A stretch of DNA of 43,032 bases from Alphaproteobacteria bacterium (GTDB taxonomy: Bacteria > Pseudomonadota > Alphaproteobacteria > Puniceispirillales > Puniceispirillaceae), in assembly GCA_030835985.1 (NCBI GenBank), contig JAURQT010000123.1:1-43032 (forward strand). The letters run 5' to 3'. Shown here piece by piece: positions 1 through 10,247 of the stretch; within the stretch, counting starts at the first letter, position 1, and each line of letters opens with the position of its first letter. The notes beneath the pieces are model-generated. The model saw nothing but the letters and a program-made list of their open reading frames with translations. It was not told the origin of the DNA and made no database searches. Made by a program: the position numbers and the translations under genes.

Positions 1-1951
1 CGGATACCTTATCCTTTGCCGCATTACCGAAATAAAATAGAAATGACGGGTCATAACCGCCCTGAGATTGCATTAAATTAATGATGTCAGTGTCCCTTGT
101 AGCATCAAAGGTGGGGTGTTCCTCATTACCTATTAATTCCCTCCACTGATTTGCGGAAGGAACAAATTTCTGGACTTTGGTGTTATGTCTGTCGCCATCA
201 TTCGGACCAAACACATTTTTAAAGGGGATAGAAAATTTTTGGCTATCTGTCTGCCCACCCCGTGTCAGCTGAACCGTGAAATCATAAGAATGGTCATTTT
301 CAAACTCGGTTTCAAAATCAAATTTTTGCGCATTCGGGATAATCACTTCATAGCGGGAAGAATCCATCGGATCGATTTGAATGGTCATTAATCCGGCTTG
401 GTCCTGTGATGTGATCACTGCACTATCACCTGTTTGCCGCGCAAAATAGGCAACCTCGTGATTGGCAGAATAGGTGATCGCTTCCGCCAGATAGGGGTTC
501 GCGTTCTGCACATTGGTGAACAGGGACTGCGTTGCCTCTATGACAGCCGCGCTGGGATTGGTGGTCAGGGTCTTGTCACCAAAAGCGTCACGATAGGTGA
601 CGACCAGCTGTATCTGCTTACCCACATCCGCAGGGGTCGGGGTATACCCATCATCGGTCGATTTTTCTACCCAATTTCCATTTTCCATAACATGCCACCG
701 GTTCCTTATAATCACTACTCCGCCAGGGCTATCGGGGTCGGTAATCTGCGGCGGAAAGAGCTTTTCTCCTACCACGGGGGTAGTAGAAAAATCTGCCACA
801 CGCCCCGCCTCATCAACATTTTCCAGATTAACAGTAATATTTACACTGTCTGTTGCAGCGCCAGCGCTGGCGATCGCTATAAGGGAAAAAGCCTGACTGC
901 CCGCATCACTTAAAGTAGCCTCATAATCCGGGGCCTCGCGCCATGTAATGACCCCCTCACCGTCAATCTGAAACAGGTCTTTATCCGCCCCTGCAAGTGA
1001 CCATGTAATTACCCCGCCAGAAATGGTTGGGGTTGCTTTAAGGTCAATCACCGCCTGCTGATTTTCTGGGGAACCAACTGTCAGGGCGGTGCCCACCGCT
1101 GTGCCATCTTCCCTTGCAATAACCAGCGCCTCATCAATATTTGTTACATTAATGGTGACGGTTTTTGAGGCACTTTGAGCGCCCACGGTTGCGGTTACGA
1201 TAAAGCTGTAACTTTCCTTATCCTCAAAATCCGGGGTGGTAACGCTCTTAAAAGTCACTTCCCCTGTATCACCATCAATAGTAAATAAATTTCCGTCTGT
1301 TCCGCCAATTGTCCAGGTAATCTTGTGAGTGGATACATCCGGCGTTCCAATTGCGGTATAAATAACCTTATCTATAGCAACAGATATTTCCTCAGGCAGA
1401 GCTGTCCCGGTATCAGGTGAGGTAATTTTCGGCGGGCTGTCATTTATATTCCGGACCGTCAGGGTGAATCTCTCTTGCAAACCGGAATTTGTGTTGACGG
1501 TTACGATAACGCTATGGCTCTGATCCGTCTCAAAATCCAGACTGCCTGTCAGCCAAAGCTGGTTATTATTTCGGATTTCAAACAGACCTGAATCCGTTCC
1601 TGTCAGGGTCAGAATATTTTTACCCCCATCTGCATCGGTCAGGGTGACGGTCGCTAGGATACGGGGATTGCTATTCTCTTCCACTGTTGCAGTATTTGGG
1701 GTTAATTCCAGTTCCGTTGGTTTCTGATCAATAGTGGTGGGGCCAGGGTCAGGGTTATCATCATCATCATCATTTTTTGGATCTGGTTTTGGCGTGCCCC
1801 CTGCCCCGGGTGCGCCGTTGCCATCATCCTCCTCGTCTTCTTCTGGTGTTTTGGTGGTACCGCCAGAACCGCTACAGGCGGCCAGCAATAATGCCAAAGC
1901 CGTCAAGCTAGTGGAAGACTTGCCTGTACGGGAAAGCATAAAGCGGATCAT
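1..1951 (-). CDS. Large surface lipoprotein with tandem cadherin-like/Ig-like domains (3' end outside the window)
   Basis: Manual translation of the minus strand from ATG 1951 is open for 650 codons to the window edge. N-terminus MIRFMLSRTGKSSTSLTALALLLAAC (lipobox LAAC), then an acidic Pro/Gly linker, then repeated cadherin motifs (VEEN..TDAD..LDFE..NIND; PDFE..NIDE; PEN..PDYE..NVDE; FDFE). Not in the ORF track because the stop lies outside. Confidence 0.85.
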   Translation of the reverse strand, partial: MIRFMLSRTGKSSTSLTALALLLAACSGSGGTTKTPEEDEEDDGNGAPGAGGTPKPDPKNDDDDDNPDPGPTTIDQKPTELELTPNTATVEENSNPRILATVTLTDADGGKNILTLTGTDSGLFEIRNNNQLWLTGSLDFETDQSHSVIVTVNTNSGLQERFTLTVRNINDSPPKITSPDTGTALPEEISVAIDKVIYTAIGTPDVSTHKITWTIGGTDGNLFTIDGDTGEVTFKSVTTPDFEDKESYSFIVTATVGAQSASKTVTINVTNIDEALVIAREDGTAVGTALTVGSPENQQAVIDLKATPTISGGVITWSLAGADKDLFQIDGEGVITWREAPDYEATLSDAGSQAFSLIAIASAGAATDSVNITVNLENVDEAGRVADFSTTPVVGEKLFPPQITDPDSPGGVVIIRNRWHVMENGNWVEKSTDDGYTPTPADVGKQIQLVVTYRDAFGDKTLTTNPSAAVIEATQSLFTNVQNANPYLAEAITYSANHEVAYFARQTGDSAVITSQDQAGLMTIQIDPMDSSRYEVIIPNAQKFDFETEFENDHSYDFTVQLTRGGQTDSQKFSIPFKNVFGPNDGDRHNTKVQKFVPSANQWRELIGNEEHPTFDATRDTDIINLMQSQGGYDPSFLFYFGNAAKDKVS

Positions 1952-2159
1952 CCCTCCTGCCTCACCTTGCCGCAGAGCCGATAAAAAAGATGTGTGTGTA
2001 GGTTTCTGCCATTTTTCGGTTCACCTATTTTAATTTTCCCTTATAAGATGTATCCACAAGAAACAATTAACAAAAAAGAAGTTATTTTAAAAAATTAATC
2101 TTGGCAAGTATTTCTATCTATGCGGTAATTTTTTGTAAATTACAGAATGTCCCGGATAT

Positions 2160-2190
2160 AAAAAAAGCCGGATGCGCAAACATCCGGCTT
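2160..2190 (-). terminator. Intrinsic terminator of petABC
   Basis: 10-bp perfect stem AAGCCGGATG/CATCCGGCTT with a 6-nt loop; U-run on the minus strand; 30 nt past the petC stop. Confidence 0.85.
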
Positions 2191-2219
2191 CCCGTGATAA
2201 AAAAGGGTTTATCGGGCGA

Positions 2220-2975
2220 TTATTTTTTCACATCTGCCCAGATAAAGCGCATCGCCCCATAAGACAGGCCGGTCAGCAATACCAGGAAGATCATCACCGC
2301 AACGCCGGTACGCTTGCGCGCTTCCATCGCTGGCTCTGCTGTCCAGGCAAGGAAGTTCACCAGATCTTTGGCAATGCCGTCAACCGAGCTATCTGCTCCA
2401 TCAGCATAGGTCACATCATCGCCATATAGCGGCTGTGGCATGGCGATCATATGCCCGGAATAGGCGGCATTATAATACATCCCCTCGGGGACAGCTACAT
2501 CTGCCGGTGCGTCCTGATAAGAGGTCAGCAAGCTATAGAGATAATTTGCCCCGTTTGGACGGGCTTTGAAAATCAGCGACAGATCCAGCGGATACGCCCC
2601 GTTATTGGCCGCCCGTGCTGCATTTTCATTTGGATAGGGGGCTGGAAAATGATCGGCTGGCACCGCTGCCCGCATGAACATTTCGCCCTCATCATTCGGG
2701 CCATCCTCTACCTCATATTCAGCGGCAATAGCCTTGATCTCATCCGCGTTATAGCCAAGATCGGCCAAGTTGCGGAAAGCGATATAATCCAGCGAGTGAC
2801 AGCCGGCACATACCTCGCGATAGGCTTGAAAACCACGCTGCATAGAGGCTTTATCAAAAGTGCCAAGCGGCCCGTCAAAAGACCATTCAGCCTGTTTTAA
2901 TACCCCCCCGCTGCCAGCGGCCATCACCGGGCTGGCAAACAGACACACCAGAAGACCACAAAGAAGTTTTTTCAT
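2220..2975 (-). CDS. petC: Cytochrome c1
   Basis: Signal peptide, QRGFQAYREVCAGCH heme motif, IAMPQPL Met ligand, C-terminal TM helix. Confidence 0.97.
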   Translation of the reverse strand: MKKLLCGLLVCLFASPVMAAGSGGVLKQAEWSFDGPLGTFDKASMQRGFQAYREVCAGCHSLDYIAFRNLADLGYNADEIKAIAAEYEVEDGPNDEGEMFMRAAVPADHFPAPYPNENAARAANNGAYPLDLSLIFKARPNGANYLYSLLTSYQDAPADVAVPEGMYYNAAYSGHMIAMPQPLYGDDVTYADGADSSVDGIAKDLVNFLAWTAEPAMEARKRTGVAVMIFLVLLTGLSYGAMRFIWADVKK

Positions 2976-4231
2976 TATACTTTCTCCTTTGGTGCGGCTG
3001 CTGCGCCAACCATACCGCCTGAACCACTAAAGATGGGCTTGGATATGGATTGCGGCAGGGGACGCGGGGTTTCTATCACAGACAAAACAGGCAGGATAAC
3101 CAGGAAATGTACAAAGTACCACACCGTCGCCAGACGACCGATTAATACATATACACCCTCAGCCGGCTTTGCCCCGATATAGCCCAGCAACACACAATCT
3201 GCCAGCAACAGCCAGAAGAAGATTTTGAAGACAGGGCGGAAACGACCGGAACGCACAGGCGATCTGTCCAGCCATGGCAGGATGAACAATACCGCAATTG
3301 CCCCGAACATGGCCAGCACGCCGCCCAGCTTGTCTGGAACCGCACGCAAAATCGCATAGAAAGGCAGGAAATACCATTCCGGCACGATATGGGCAGGGGT
3401 TTGCAAGGCATTGGCCGGGATATAATTATCCGGATGGCCCATGAAATTCGGGAAGAAAAATACCGCCGCCGCAAAGAACGTTAAAAATACCGACAGGCCA
3501 AAGAAATCCTTGATGGTGTAATAGGGATGGAATGGCAAGGTATCTTGCGGGCCTTTGGTATCGATGCCCAGAGGGTTGTTTGACCCGAAACGGTGCAAGG
3601 CCACCAGATGCAAAACCACCACCCCGACAATCACGAAAGGCAAGAGGAAATGCAGAGAGAAAAATCTGTTCAGGGTCGGGTTATCAACAGAAAAACCGCC
3701 CCATAGCCAGGATACAATCGCTTCACCAACGCCCGGAATAGCCGAGAACAAATTGGTAATCACGGTCGCGCCCCAGAAAGACATCTGACCCCAGGGCAAG
3801 ACATAGCCCATAAAGGCGGTAGCCATCATTAAGAGTAAAATGACAACACCCAAAATCCAGAGCAGCTCGCGCGGCGCTTTATAAGAGCCATAATATAGCC
3901 CTCTGAAAATATGGATAAACACCACAATGAAAAAGAAGCTGGCGCCATTCATGTGAATATAGCGCAACAGCCAGCCATGATTAACATCACGCATGATCCG
4001 CTCAACAGATTCAAACGCGTAATCCACATGGGCAGTATAGCTCATGGACAGGGCGATACCTGTAATGATCATCACCACCAGCGCAATCCCGGCCAATGAC
4101 CCGAAATTCCAGAAATAATTCAGATTTTTCGGGGTTGGATATTCATGCGCTTCATGATTTAGGAATGTAAAAATCGGCAGACGATGATCAATCCATCTGA
4201 CTACCGGATTTGAGAATTGCTTTTCAGACAT
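2975..4231 (-). CDS. petB: Cytochrome b
   Basis: [28 protein letters not shown] and PEWY motifs. Confidence 0.98.
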   Translation of the reverse strand: MSEKQFSNPVVRWIDHRLPIFTFLNHEAHEYPTPKNLNYFWNFGSLAGIALVVMIITGIALSMSYTAHVDYAFESVERIMRDVNHGWLLRYIHMNGASFFFIVVFIHIFRGLYYGSYKAPRELLWILGVVILLLMMATAFMGYVLPWGQMSFWGATVITNLFSAIPGVGEAIVSWLWGGFSVDNPTLNRFFSLHFLLPFVIVGVVVLHLVALHRFGSNNPLGIDTKGPQDTLPFHPYYTIKDFFGLSVFLTFFAAAVFFFPNFMGHPDNYIPANALQTPAHIVPEWYFLPFYAILRAVPDKLGGVLAMFGAIAVLFILPWLDRSPVRSGRFRPVFKIFFWLLLADCVLLGYIGAKPAEGVYVLIGRLATVWYFVHFLVILPVLSVIETPRPLPQSISKPIFSGSGGMVGAAAAPKEKV

Positions 4232-4301
4232 AACCTGATACTTCCTCTTTTTTAACTTTGCATCGGGCGGTCTATCGCCAGACGCCAGAAAACCTTTATT
4301 C

Positions 4302-4862
4302 TTACCCTATGCGAATAACGTCATCAGACAAAAAGCTGTATGGGGGCACTTCCAGATTGGTTGGTGCGGGCCCTTTGCGAATACGGCCGGACGAATCATA
4401 GTGCGAGCCATGACATGGACAGAACCAGCCATCATATTCCCCGCGTACCTCGCCCACTTTCTGGCCAAGCGGCACACATCCCAGATGGGTACATACGCCA
4501 AGCACCACCAGATATTCGGGCTTTTGTACCCGTGCAATATCTTCTTCCGGGTCGCGCAAATCAGCCGAAATCACTTTTTCTGCTTCGGCAATTTCTGTCG
4601 CGGTGCGGTGACGGATAAAGACAGGCTTGCCGCGCCATTTCAATGTAATGGACTGGCCTTCTGCAATTTTGGACACATCCACCTCGATAGAGGCCAGCGC
4701 CAGCGTATCTGCAGCCGGGTTCATCTGGTCTATCAGAGGCCATACAAATGCCCCTGCGCCGACCGCACCCATCGCATAAGTAGCTACAACGATAAAGTCT
4801 CTGCGTGATTTTTGTGGTTCAGCCGCATCTCTAGCGTTTTTTGTCGATTTAATGTTAGCCAT
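4302..4862 (-). CDS. petA: Ubiquinol-cytochrome c reductase Rieske iron-sulfur subunit
   Basis: Tat motif SRRDF; CTHLGC and CPCHGS boxes. Start moved to ATG 4862, which follows the SD GAGGGG. Confidence 0.97.
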   Translation of the reverse strand: MANIKSTKNARDAAEPQKSRRDFIVVATYAMGAVGAGAFVWPLIDQMNPAADTLALASIEVDVSKIAEGQSITLKWRGKPVFIRHRTATEIAEAEKVISADLRDPEEDIARVQKPEYLVVLGVCTHLGCVPLGQKVGEVRGEYDGWFCPCHGSHYDSSGRIRKGPAPTNLEVPPYSFLSDDVIRIG

Positions 4863-5048
4863 TTTTCCCCTCTTCCCTCTCAACAGTGGCACCAGATCTC
4901 TGCAAGACTGGAATGCTGAAAGTAACCGACATAGTCATAGCAAAGTTTACGAAAAAAGCCTACAGCCCTTCACCCTAAAAAATACCGTTTTTTGAGGTTT
5001 TTTTCTATTTGGAAAGATGTGACAGATTGTCTTACCCGTAACCGGGGC

Positions 5049-5939
5049 TTATGGCCAGCGCACTTCCGGCGGCAGGCTCATCAAAATGGCCTCGATATTT
5101 CCGCCTGTTTTCAGCCCGAATAGCGTGCCTCTGTCATAAAGCAGGTTAAATTCAACATAACGTCCGCGCCGCACCAGCTGATGATGCCTGTCTGCCTCTG
5201 TCCATTTATGATGCATGGTATCGCGCACAATCCGGTTATAACTATTGGCAAAACTCTGGCCGACATCGCGGGTAAAGGCAAAATCTGCCTCCCAGTCCCC
5301 GCTATCAAGATAATCATAAAAAATACCGCCTGCCCCGCGCGGCTCATCACGGTGTTTCAGATAGAAATATTCATCACACCATTTTTTATATTTTGTATAG
5401 TAATCGGGGTGATGGCGATCGCAACAGGCCTGAAACCCCTGATGAAAGACAGCTGCCTCTTTTTCGGCTGGCATAATCGGGGTTAAATCGCCGCCACCCC
5501 CGAACCAGGCTTTGGAGGTCACCACAAAACGGGTATTCATATGGGCGGCTGGCACAAAGGGATTCTGTGGATGGGCGACCAGCGAAATACCGCCTGCCCA
5601 GAAACTGCCATCGCCTTCGGCACCGGGAATTTGTTCGCGAAACGCTTCTGAAAACGTGCCATGCACCACCGAAATATTCACCCCGACCTTTTCAAAAACC
5701 CGGCCTTTCATCACCGATATCTGGCCGCCGCCACCGCCCTCGCGCTGCCAGTTTTGCCGCTCAAACTTGCCAGCTTTCATCCTGTTATCTATCGCCAGCC
5801 GGGTATTATCTGCCTCTGCCTCTATCGCTTCAAAGCCGGCACAAATCTCATCCCGCAATGTTTGAAACCAGTCAGCCGCCCTCAGGCTGCGCCCGGATAG
5901 CGCGCCGGTTAAATGGCCTTGTTTTTCGACATGATCCAT
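5049..5939 (-). CDS. hemF: Oxygen-dependent coproporphyrinogen III oxidase
   Basis: [39 protein letters not shown] motifs. Confidence 0.97.
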   Translation of the reverse strand: MDHVEKQGHLTGALSGRSLRAADWFQTLRDEICAGFEAIEAEADNTRLAIDNRMKAGKFERQNWQREGGGGGQISVMKGRVFEKVGVNISVVHGTFSEAFREQIPGAEGDGSFWAGGISLVAHPQNPFVPAAHMNTRFVVTSKAWFGGGGDLTPIMPAEKEAAVFHQGFQACCDRHHPDYYTKYKKWCDEYFYLKHRDEPRGAGGIFYDYLDSGDWEADFAFTRDVGQSFANSYNRIVRDTMHHKWTEADRHHQLVRRGRYVEFNLLYDRGTLFGLKTGGNIEAILMSLPPEVRWP

Positions 5940-5974
5940 GTATCAATCCTGTTTTGGTATCAATCCTGTTTTGG
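5940..5974. repeat. Perfect 17-bp tandem duplication GTATCAATCCTGTTTTG x2
   Basis: Read directly; fills the cca-hemF spacer and duplicates the hemF SD-like CAGGA on the minus strand. Confidence 0.9.
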
Positions 5975-5977
5975 ACT

Positions 5978-7243
5978 CTATCCGTTTCCGCCCAGCAGCT
6001 CTGCTGTGGTCAGGGTAAAATCGCTGGCCACCCAGCGGGCCTCCAGCTCTGCCAGCTTTGTCCTTATATCTGCCCCGCTCAGGCCAAAGGCCTTTTGAAT
6101 ATCCCCCCCCTTTACAGGACAGGCGGGCGGCTGAAAACCGACAATATGCCGCAGGCGCACGCCGTCAAGGGCAATTTGTTTTGCCGCTATCGCCTCGCCA
6201 TAGGCAAATAGCGCATCTGGCGAAAGGATATAGACCGCCTGTTGCCAGTTGTCGCCGCCCAGCATGGCAACTGCTTTCTGGTTGCGTTTTATGTCCAGTC
6301 GCCCCGCCTGTCTGATTTCCCGGCGGCTTAATTTCAGCCGCCTGGCCAGGGGTTCGCGCTGGCCAATAGGGGTCAGCAGACAGAGCATTTCGATAAAGCT
6401 AAAACAGCCCCAGAGAGGCGATAAATGCGCCGCCCCCTCGGCCGGTAGCATAAATTCATGCCCGAATATGGCTCTATCCACGCCTAATGCCCGGATTTCA
6501 GCTATGATGGCAAGGGCATCTGTCCCGGCACATATTAGCTTGAATTCTGCGGCAATTCGTTCTGCTGACAAGCCGGATAATCCGCCAATGGCCGCTGCCA
6601 TGGCGCTGGTATCTGCTGCATCCATCCACAGGCCGGGATATTGGGCACGCAAGCGCAAGCCGCGCAATAGCCGCAAATAATCTTCGGCCAGTCTTTCTTC
6701 TGCCCTGCCGATAAATCGCAACTGGCCAGACGCGATATCGGCCAGCCCGCCTTGCGGATCATGTACCCTGCCATCTGCATCCAGATAGAGCGCATTGATG
6801 GTAAAATCCCGCCTTTTTGCATCTTCTTCCCAGCTTTGGGTCGGCTCAATACGGGCATGACGGCCATCGCTATTATGGTCGGTGCGCAATTGCGTCACCT
6901 CGACATGGCGATTATCTGCTGCGATAGTAACCGTGCCGTGGGCAAGGCCGGTTTCATACACCGCCAGGCCAGCCGCGCGCGCCGCATCTGATAATTGGAT
7001 AATGGGCACAGACACCGCCATATCGATATCGGGGACAGATAATTTTGCCTCTGCGACCGGAATTTTATTACTCGCCGCCAGATAGATATCGCGCACCGCC
7101 CCGCCGACAATGCGCCCTTCACCGCCGCATTTACGCGCCAGCTCAAAAAGCTGTTGCAGCAGGGGATGAGACAGCCATGCCGGCGTGAGGCTCATGCCCC
7201 CCTGCCCCGATGAAACGCTGTTGGCCATGCTGGCATCATCCAT
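5978..7243 (-). CDS. cca: CCA tRNA nucleotidyltransferase / poly(A) polymerase family
   Basis: VGGAVRD, DIDMA (DxD), GLAHGTV, RRDFTINAL, EDYLRLLR. Exact start uncertain. Confidence 0.88.
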   Translation of the reverse strand: MDDASMANSVSSGQGGMSLTPAWLSHPLLQQLFELARKCGGEGRIVGGAVRDIYLAASNKIPVAEAKLSVPDIDMAVSVPIIQLSDAARAAGLAVYETGLAHGTVTIAADNRHVEVTQLRTDHNSDGRHARIEPTQSWEEDAKRRDFTINALYLDADGRVHDPQGGLADIASGQLRFIGRAEERLAEDYLRLLRGLRLRAQYPGLWMDAADTSAMAAAIGGLSGLSAERIAAEFKLICAGTDALAIIAEIRALGVDRAIFGHEFMLPAEGAAHLSPLWGCFSFIEMLCLLTPIGQREPLARRLKLSRREIRQAGRLDIKRNQKAVAMLGGDNWQQAVYILSPDALFAYGEAIAAKQIALDGVRLRHIVGFQPPACPVKGGDIQKAFGLSGADIRTKLAELEARWVASDFTLTTAELLGGNG

Positions 7244-7246
7244 CTA

Positions 7247-7507
7247 TCACTTTTCGTTAAACTGGCCGGGCTGAATTTTCCCATCAATAATTTGTGCTGG
7301 CTGATAGCCCATATCGGGGCTGCCAGAGCCTGTCTCCAGCCATATTCCGCCTGCCAGCATCACCGCTATCATCACCGCCCCGGCGATCAGATAACGAAAG
7401 GGCATAATGGCCTCACCGCGTATGTGCCGACCAGCCATTTTTGATAGCAACACCAGAACCAGCCAGCCGGCCAAAATGGCAATGGCAATGATAAGATATC
7501 TCTGCAA
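7247..7507 (-). CDS. Small two-TM membrane protein, DUF6111-like
   Basis: Two hydrophobic helices and a C-terminal YQPAQIIDGKIQPG; typical position between Nudix and cca in alphaproteobacteria. TTG start after the SD AGGAGG. Confidence 0.75.
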   Translation of the reverse strand: MQRYLIIAIAILAGWLVLVLLSKMAGRHIRGEAIMPFRYLIAGAVMIAVMLAGGIWLETGSGSPDMGYQPAQIIDGKIQPGQFNEK

Positions 7508-7579
7508 AAGCTGCCTCCTTTATCGCTTGAGTGGATTTATATGAGCTGAGTTATATGCGTTAATCTATAGTATAGGCGT

Positions 7580-8179
7580 TTATTTCTGTTCCAGCAAAAT
7601 CGCCAATTGTCGCAGCATCGTAGCGGTTGCGCCCCAGATGACCGGCTCGCTATTTTTTATTTGCCAGTAATGGCGGGTCTGGCCTTCGCGGACAAGCGCG
7701 CGTTGTTCAAACTGCCCCACCTGTACCAGAGGATAAGCTGGCTCAAACCACACCTCATCCACCTCTTCGGGGGCCGGGCGCAACAGGGGATGCAACGCCT
7801 CAGCAGGCTGATGGCAAAATCCAACGGTTAAATCGACCATATAATTGGTACTGGTCAAAACAGGCGGCAGATAGCCTTTTATCGCCACCATCTCGGCTGA
7901 CAGCCCTGTCTCTTCTTCAGTTTCGCGCAAGGCGGTATCGGCCGGGCTGTTATCTATCGCCTCCGGCTTGCCGCCCGGAAAGCTGACTTGCCCTGCATGC
8001 AGGCGCAAATGCCGGGCACGTTTGGTCAGCAAGATTTCCAGCCCCTGCCCCCCTTCGGCAAACAGCATTAATACCGAAGCCGGACGCGAGGAGGCCTCTG
8101 GCAAATGGGGCGGACGCTGGCCTGCAAAGGGTTGCGGTCTATCCGATAGAAGGGACAGGATGTCCTGTTTGCGAACCAT
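7580..8179 (-). CDS. CoA pyrophosphatase (Nudix, PCD1/NudL family)
   Basis: LLTKRA..HAGQVSFPGG, ALRETEEETG Nudix box, IWGATA. Confidence 0.92.
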   Translation of the reverse strand: MVRKQDILSLLSDRPQPFAGQRPPHLPEASSRPASVLMLFAEGGQGLEILLTKRARHLRLHAGQVSFPGGKPEAIDNSPADTALRETEEETGLSAEMVAIKGYLPPVLTSTNYMVDLTVGFCHQPAEALHPLLRPAPEEVDEVWFEPAYPLVQVGQFEQRALVREGQTRHYWQIKNSEPVIWGATATMLRQLAILLEQK

Positions 8180-8728
8180 TTACACATCCTCATCTTCTAT
8201 CGGAAAGGCAAAATATACCCCATCCGACCATATCCCTGCCCCATCTTCTTTGCTAATCTCCCCTTCTTCGCCGATATAGTCTGCCATCTGATAATAGACA
8301 GGCCGGCTTATCTTTGCCGACAAGCCCTTATCGATCAGCAAATAGGGTTGCAGACTATAGGGCTTAATCGGGGATTTGCGAAAGACCAGCGGCGTTTCCG
8401 GCGATAACAGATGCACCCGCTCGATATTATCGCTCAGATAAATCTTTGCCGCTTTGCCGGTACCTTGCCTTTCTGCTTTGGTGATAACAAAGGCAGCATC
8501 CTCTACTTCTATCTTGCCAAATTCCACCGGGGTGCGCAGCCAATGCTGGCCATCTGCATCACAGGACAGAACCGAGCTGAACAGCTTGACCAGTGCCGGA
8601 CGCTTTATCACGCCCCCTTCATGGAACCATTGGCCGTCCTTATCGATTCTCATCTGAAAATCCTTTTCGACGGGATTCGGCTTTTTTATGCCCTGATTTG
8701 GCTCGGATTTAGGTCTATCTGCCGTCAT
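8180..8728 (-). CDS. DUF1285 family protein
   Basis: MRIDKDGQWFHEG..IKRPALVKLFSSVL..LRTPVE..IEVEDA..WSDG..F; conserved synteny with Nudix. Confidence 0.88.
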   Translation of the reverse strand: MTADRPKSEPNQGIKKPNPVEKDFQMRIDKDGQWFHEGGVIKRPALVKLFSSVLSCDADGQHWLRTPVEFGKIEVEDAAFVITKAERQGTGKAAKIYLSDNIERVHLLSPETPLVFRKSPIKPYSLQPYLLIDKGLSAKISRPVYYQMADYIGEEGEISKEDGAGIWSDGVYFAFPIEDEDV

Positions 8729-8853
8729 TTTAGCGATTCAGTCCCCATTTTTGTAATTAAATCCCATTGTAATCTATTGATTATGGCAAAAAAACGCTGT
8801 TTTTCATAAAAAAATGCATCTTGTAAACGGTTTCCTAACCTTTTTCTGAGACA

Positions 8854-9750
8854 ATGCAATTTGTCCAAAAAATTATGGCGGCACAATCAGCTCTGCCAAC
8901 ATCGTTTTTTGGGACAGATGCTTTGTCTGAAACAGGCTTGGGAAATTTGATGCGGCTGACAATATATATTGATAAAAATGGACAAATTATTTCGTCTAAC
9001 AGACTGCGCGCCCCGGCGCGAACCTATCCGGTTTGCATCGAAAAGCAAAACCGCAAGCTGCGCATTATGATTTCCAGAAAGGTCACGACCAATGCGCTTT
9101 TGACCCTTATTAATCATATTCGCATTTTAAAAGATAGCTCGATGGAGCTTGTCTCCGAGCTACCCGGTCTTGATTCAGATATCTTTGAAGAGGCGAATTA
9201 CTGTTTTCTGCGTCTGGGGCAAGCCTGTCTGGCACTATTTGAAGCCGCCCGTAAAGGCCAATTCCTCAGCCATGTTGATTTCTGGGAAGAGGCCGCGGAT
9301 GATGCCGATCAATTACCATTTGAGATCACCAATTTAACCCGGCTTAAAATTGCCCATCTGGACACGCCCACCGCCCTTGCCCAGCTTTTGCAAAATGAAA
9401 CCGCTAATGCCGCTTTCTATCATTTTACCGCTGATTATAGCCTGGCCTTGATGAAATTACCTGAAAATATGGTGCATCCGCCTATCTCGGAAGAGGCGAC
9501 AGACCCGCTAAAAGTCGCCAATTCCGAGGAAACCTATATGAGCTGGCTGCAAATTACCGGTCATATTGCCATTGCCACTGCCCAGCCTTTGCGTCAATTT
9601 GGCCATATTCAGCTGGGTGGCTGGCCAGATACCGGAATGCATCCCTTTATAAAATTGCTTTTGCCAATTGCCAGTGAATTTGAACGCCCGAAAAATTACC
9701 GCCTGATTACCGTTACCTATCTTATCCATCAAAAAGCCTATATTCTTTAA
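8854..9750 (+). CDS. Hypothetical protein, possibly with a degenerate C-terminal PAS-like fold
   Basis: 298-codon ORF filling the gap. The C-terminal pattern YMSWL..AIATAQPL..FIKLLLP resembles PAS-like ends. Start may be ATG 8950. Confidence 0.6.
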   Translation: MQFVQKIMAAQSALPTSFFGTDALSETGLGNLMRLTIYIDKNGQIISSNRLRAPARTYPVCIEKQNRKLRIMISRKVTTNALLTLINHIRILKDSSMELVSELPGLDSDIFEEANYCFLRLGQACLALFEAARKGQFLSHVDFWEEAADDADQLPFEITNLTRLKIAHLDTPTALAQLLQNETANAAFYHFTADYSLALMKLPENMVHPPISEEATDPLKVANSEETYMSWLQITGHIAIATAQPLRQFGHIQLGGWPDTGMHPFIKLLLPIASEFERPKNYRLITVTYLIHQKAYIL

Positions 9751-9838
9751 TTTATCTTTAATTTACCTCTATTTTTTAACAGACTGTCCAGCCTGGAAGA
9801 TAAAGCGGTCATAAATTTTTAACCTTTTAAACACAACC

Positions 9839-9860
9839 TTAGATTACTTTTTTTATCTAA
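9839..9860. promoter_or_regulatory. Inverted repeat TTAGAT-N10-ATCTAA, candidate operator of the adjacent ArsR regulator
   Basis: Palindrome read directly about 60 nt upstream of the ArsR start; function inferred. Confidence 0.35.
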
Positions 9861-9917
9861 TTTATTACTTTATATTTTAGTCTGGCTTGTTCCTTTTGAC
9901 AGACAACAGATGATACC

Positions 9918-10247
9918 ATGCCCAGACCGCCTGACTTGGATGACCCATCCTCACGCTCTACCGCTATATTGAAAGCGATTAGCAATCAGCGTCGCTTGCA
10001 GATTTTAAATCATCTGTCCGATGGCACAGAACGGTCAGTGTCCGAGATAGAGCAGCTTGTCCCGGATCTCAGCCAATCCGCCCTGTCCCAGCATTTAGGG
10101 CGTTTGCGTCAGGCAGAAATTGTAAAAACACGCCGGGTCTCGCAAACCATCTTTTATTCGATTGAAGATCAAAATGTGGTCAGAATATTACGTCTGCTCA
10201 AACAGATTTATATAGAAGACCCGGCCTTGCATTTGCGCAAGAACTAA
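9918..10247 (+). CDS. ArsR/SmtB family transcriptional regulator (NolR/HlyU-like, no Cys)
   Basis: LKAISNQRRLQIL, LSQSALSQHLGRLR, VKTRRVSQTIFYS winged HTH. Confidence 0.92.
   Translation: MPRPPDLDDPSSRSTAILKAISNQRRLQILNHLSDGTERSVSEIEQLVPDLSQSALSQHLGRLRQAEIVKTRRVSQTIFYSIEDQNVVRILRLLKQIYIEDPALHLRKN

Noticed and set aside
185-2033. Plus-strand ORFs 185..391, 434..913, 597..896 and 1734..2033
   Set aside because: Antisense shadows of the long minus-strand cadherin-repeat ORF; no protein motifs.
5567-6211. 214-aa plus-strand ORF
   Set aside because: Antisense to hemF and cca; no SD or recognisable domain.
9747-9761. TTAA-N7-TTAA overlapping the stop of the 8854 ORF
   Set aside because: Very AT-rich context, lacks the trailing C and includes the stop codon; likely chance.
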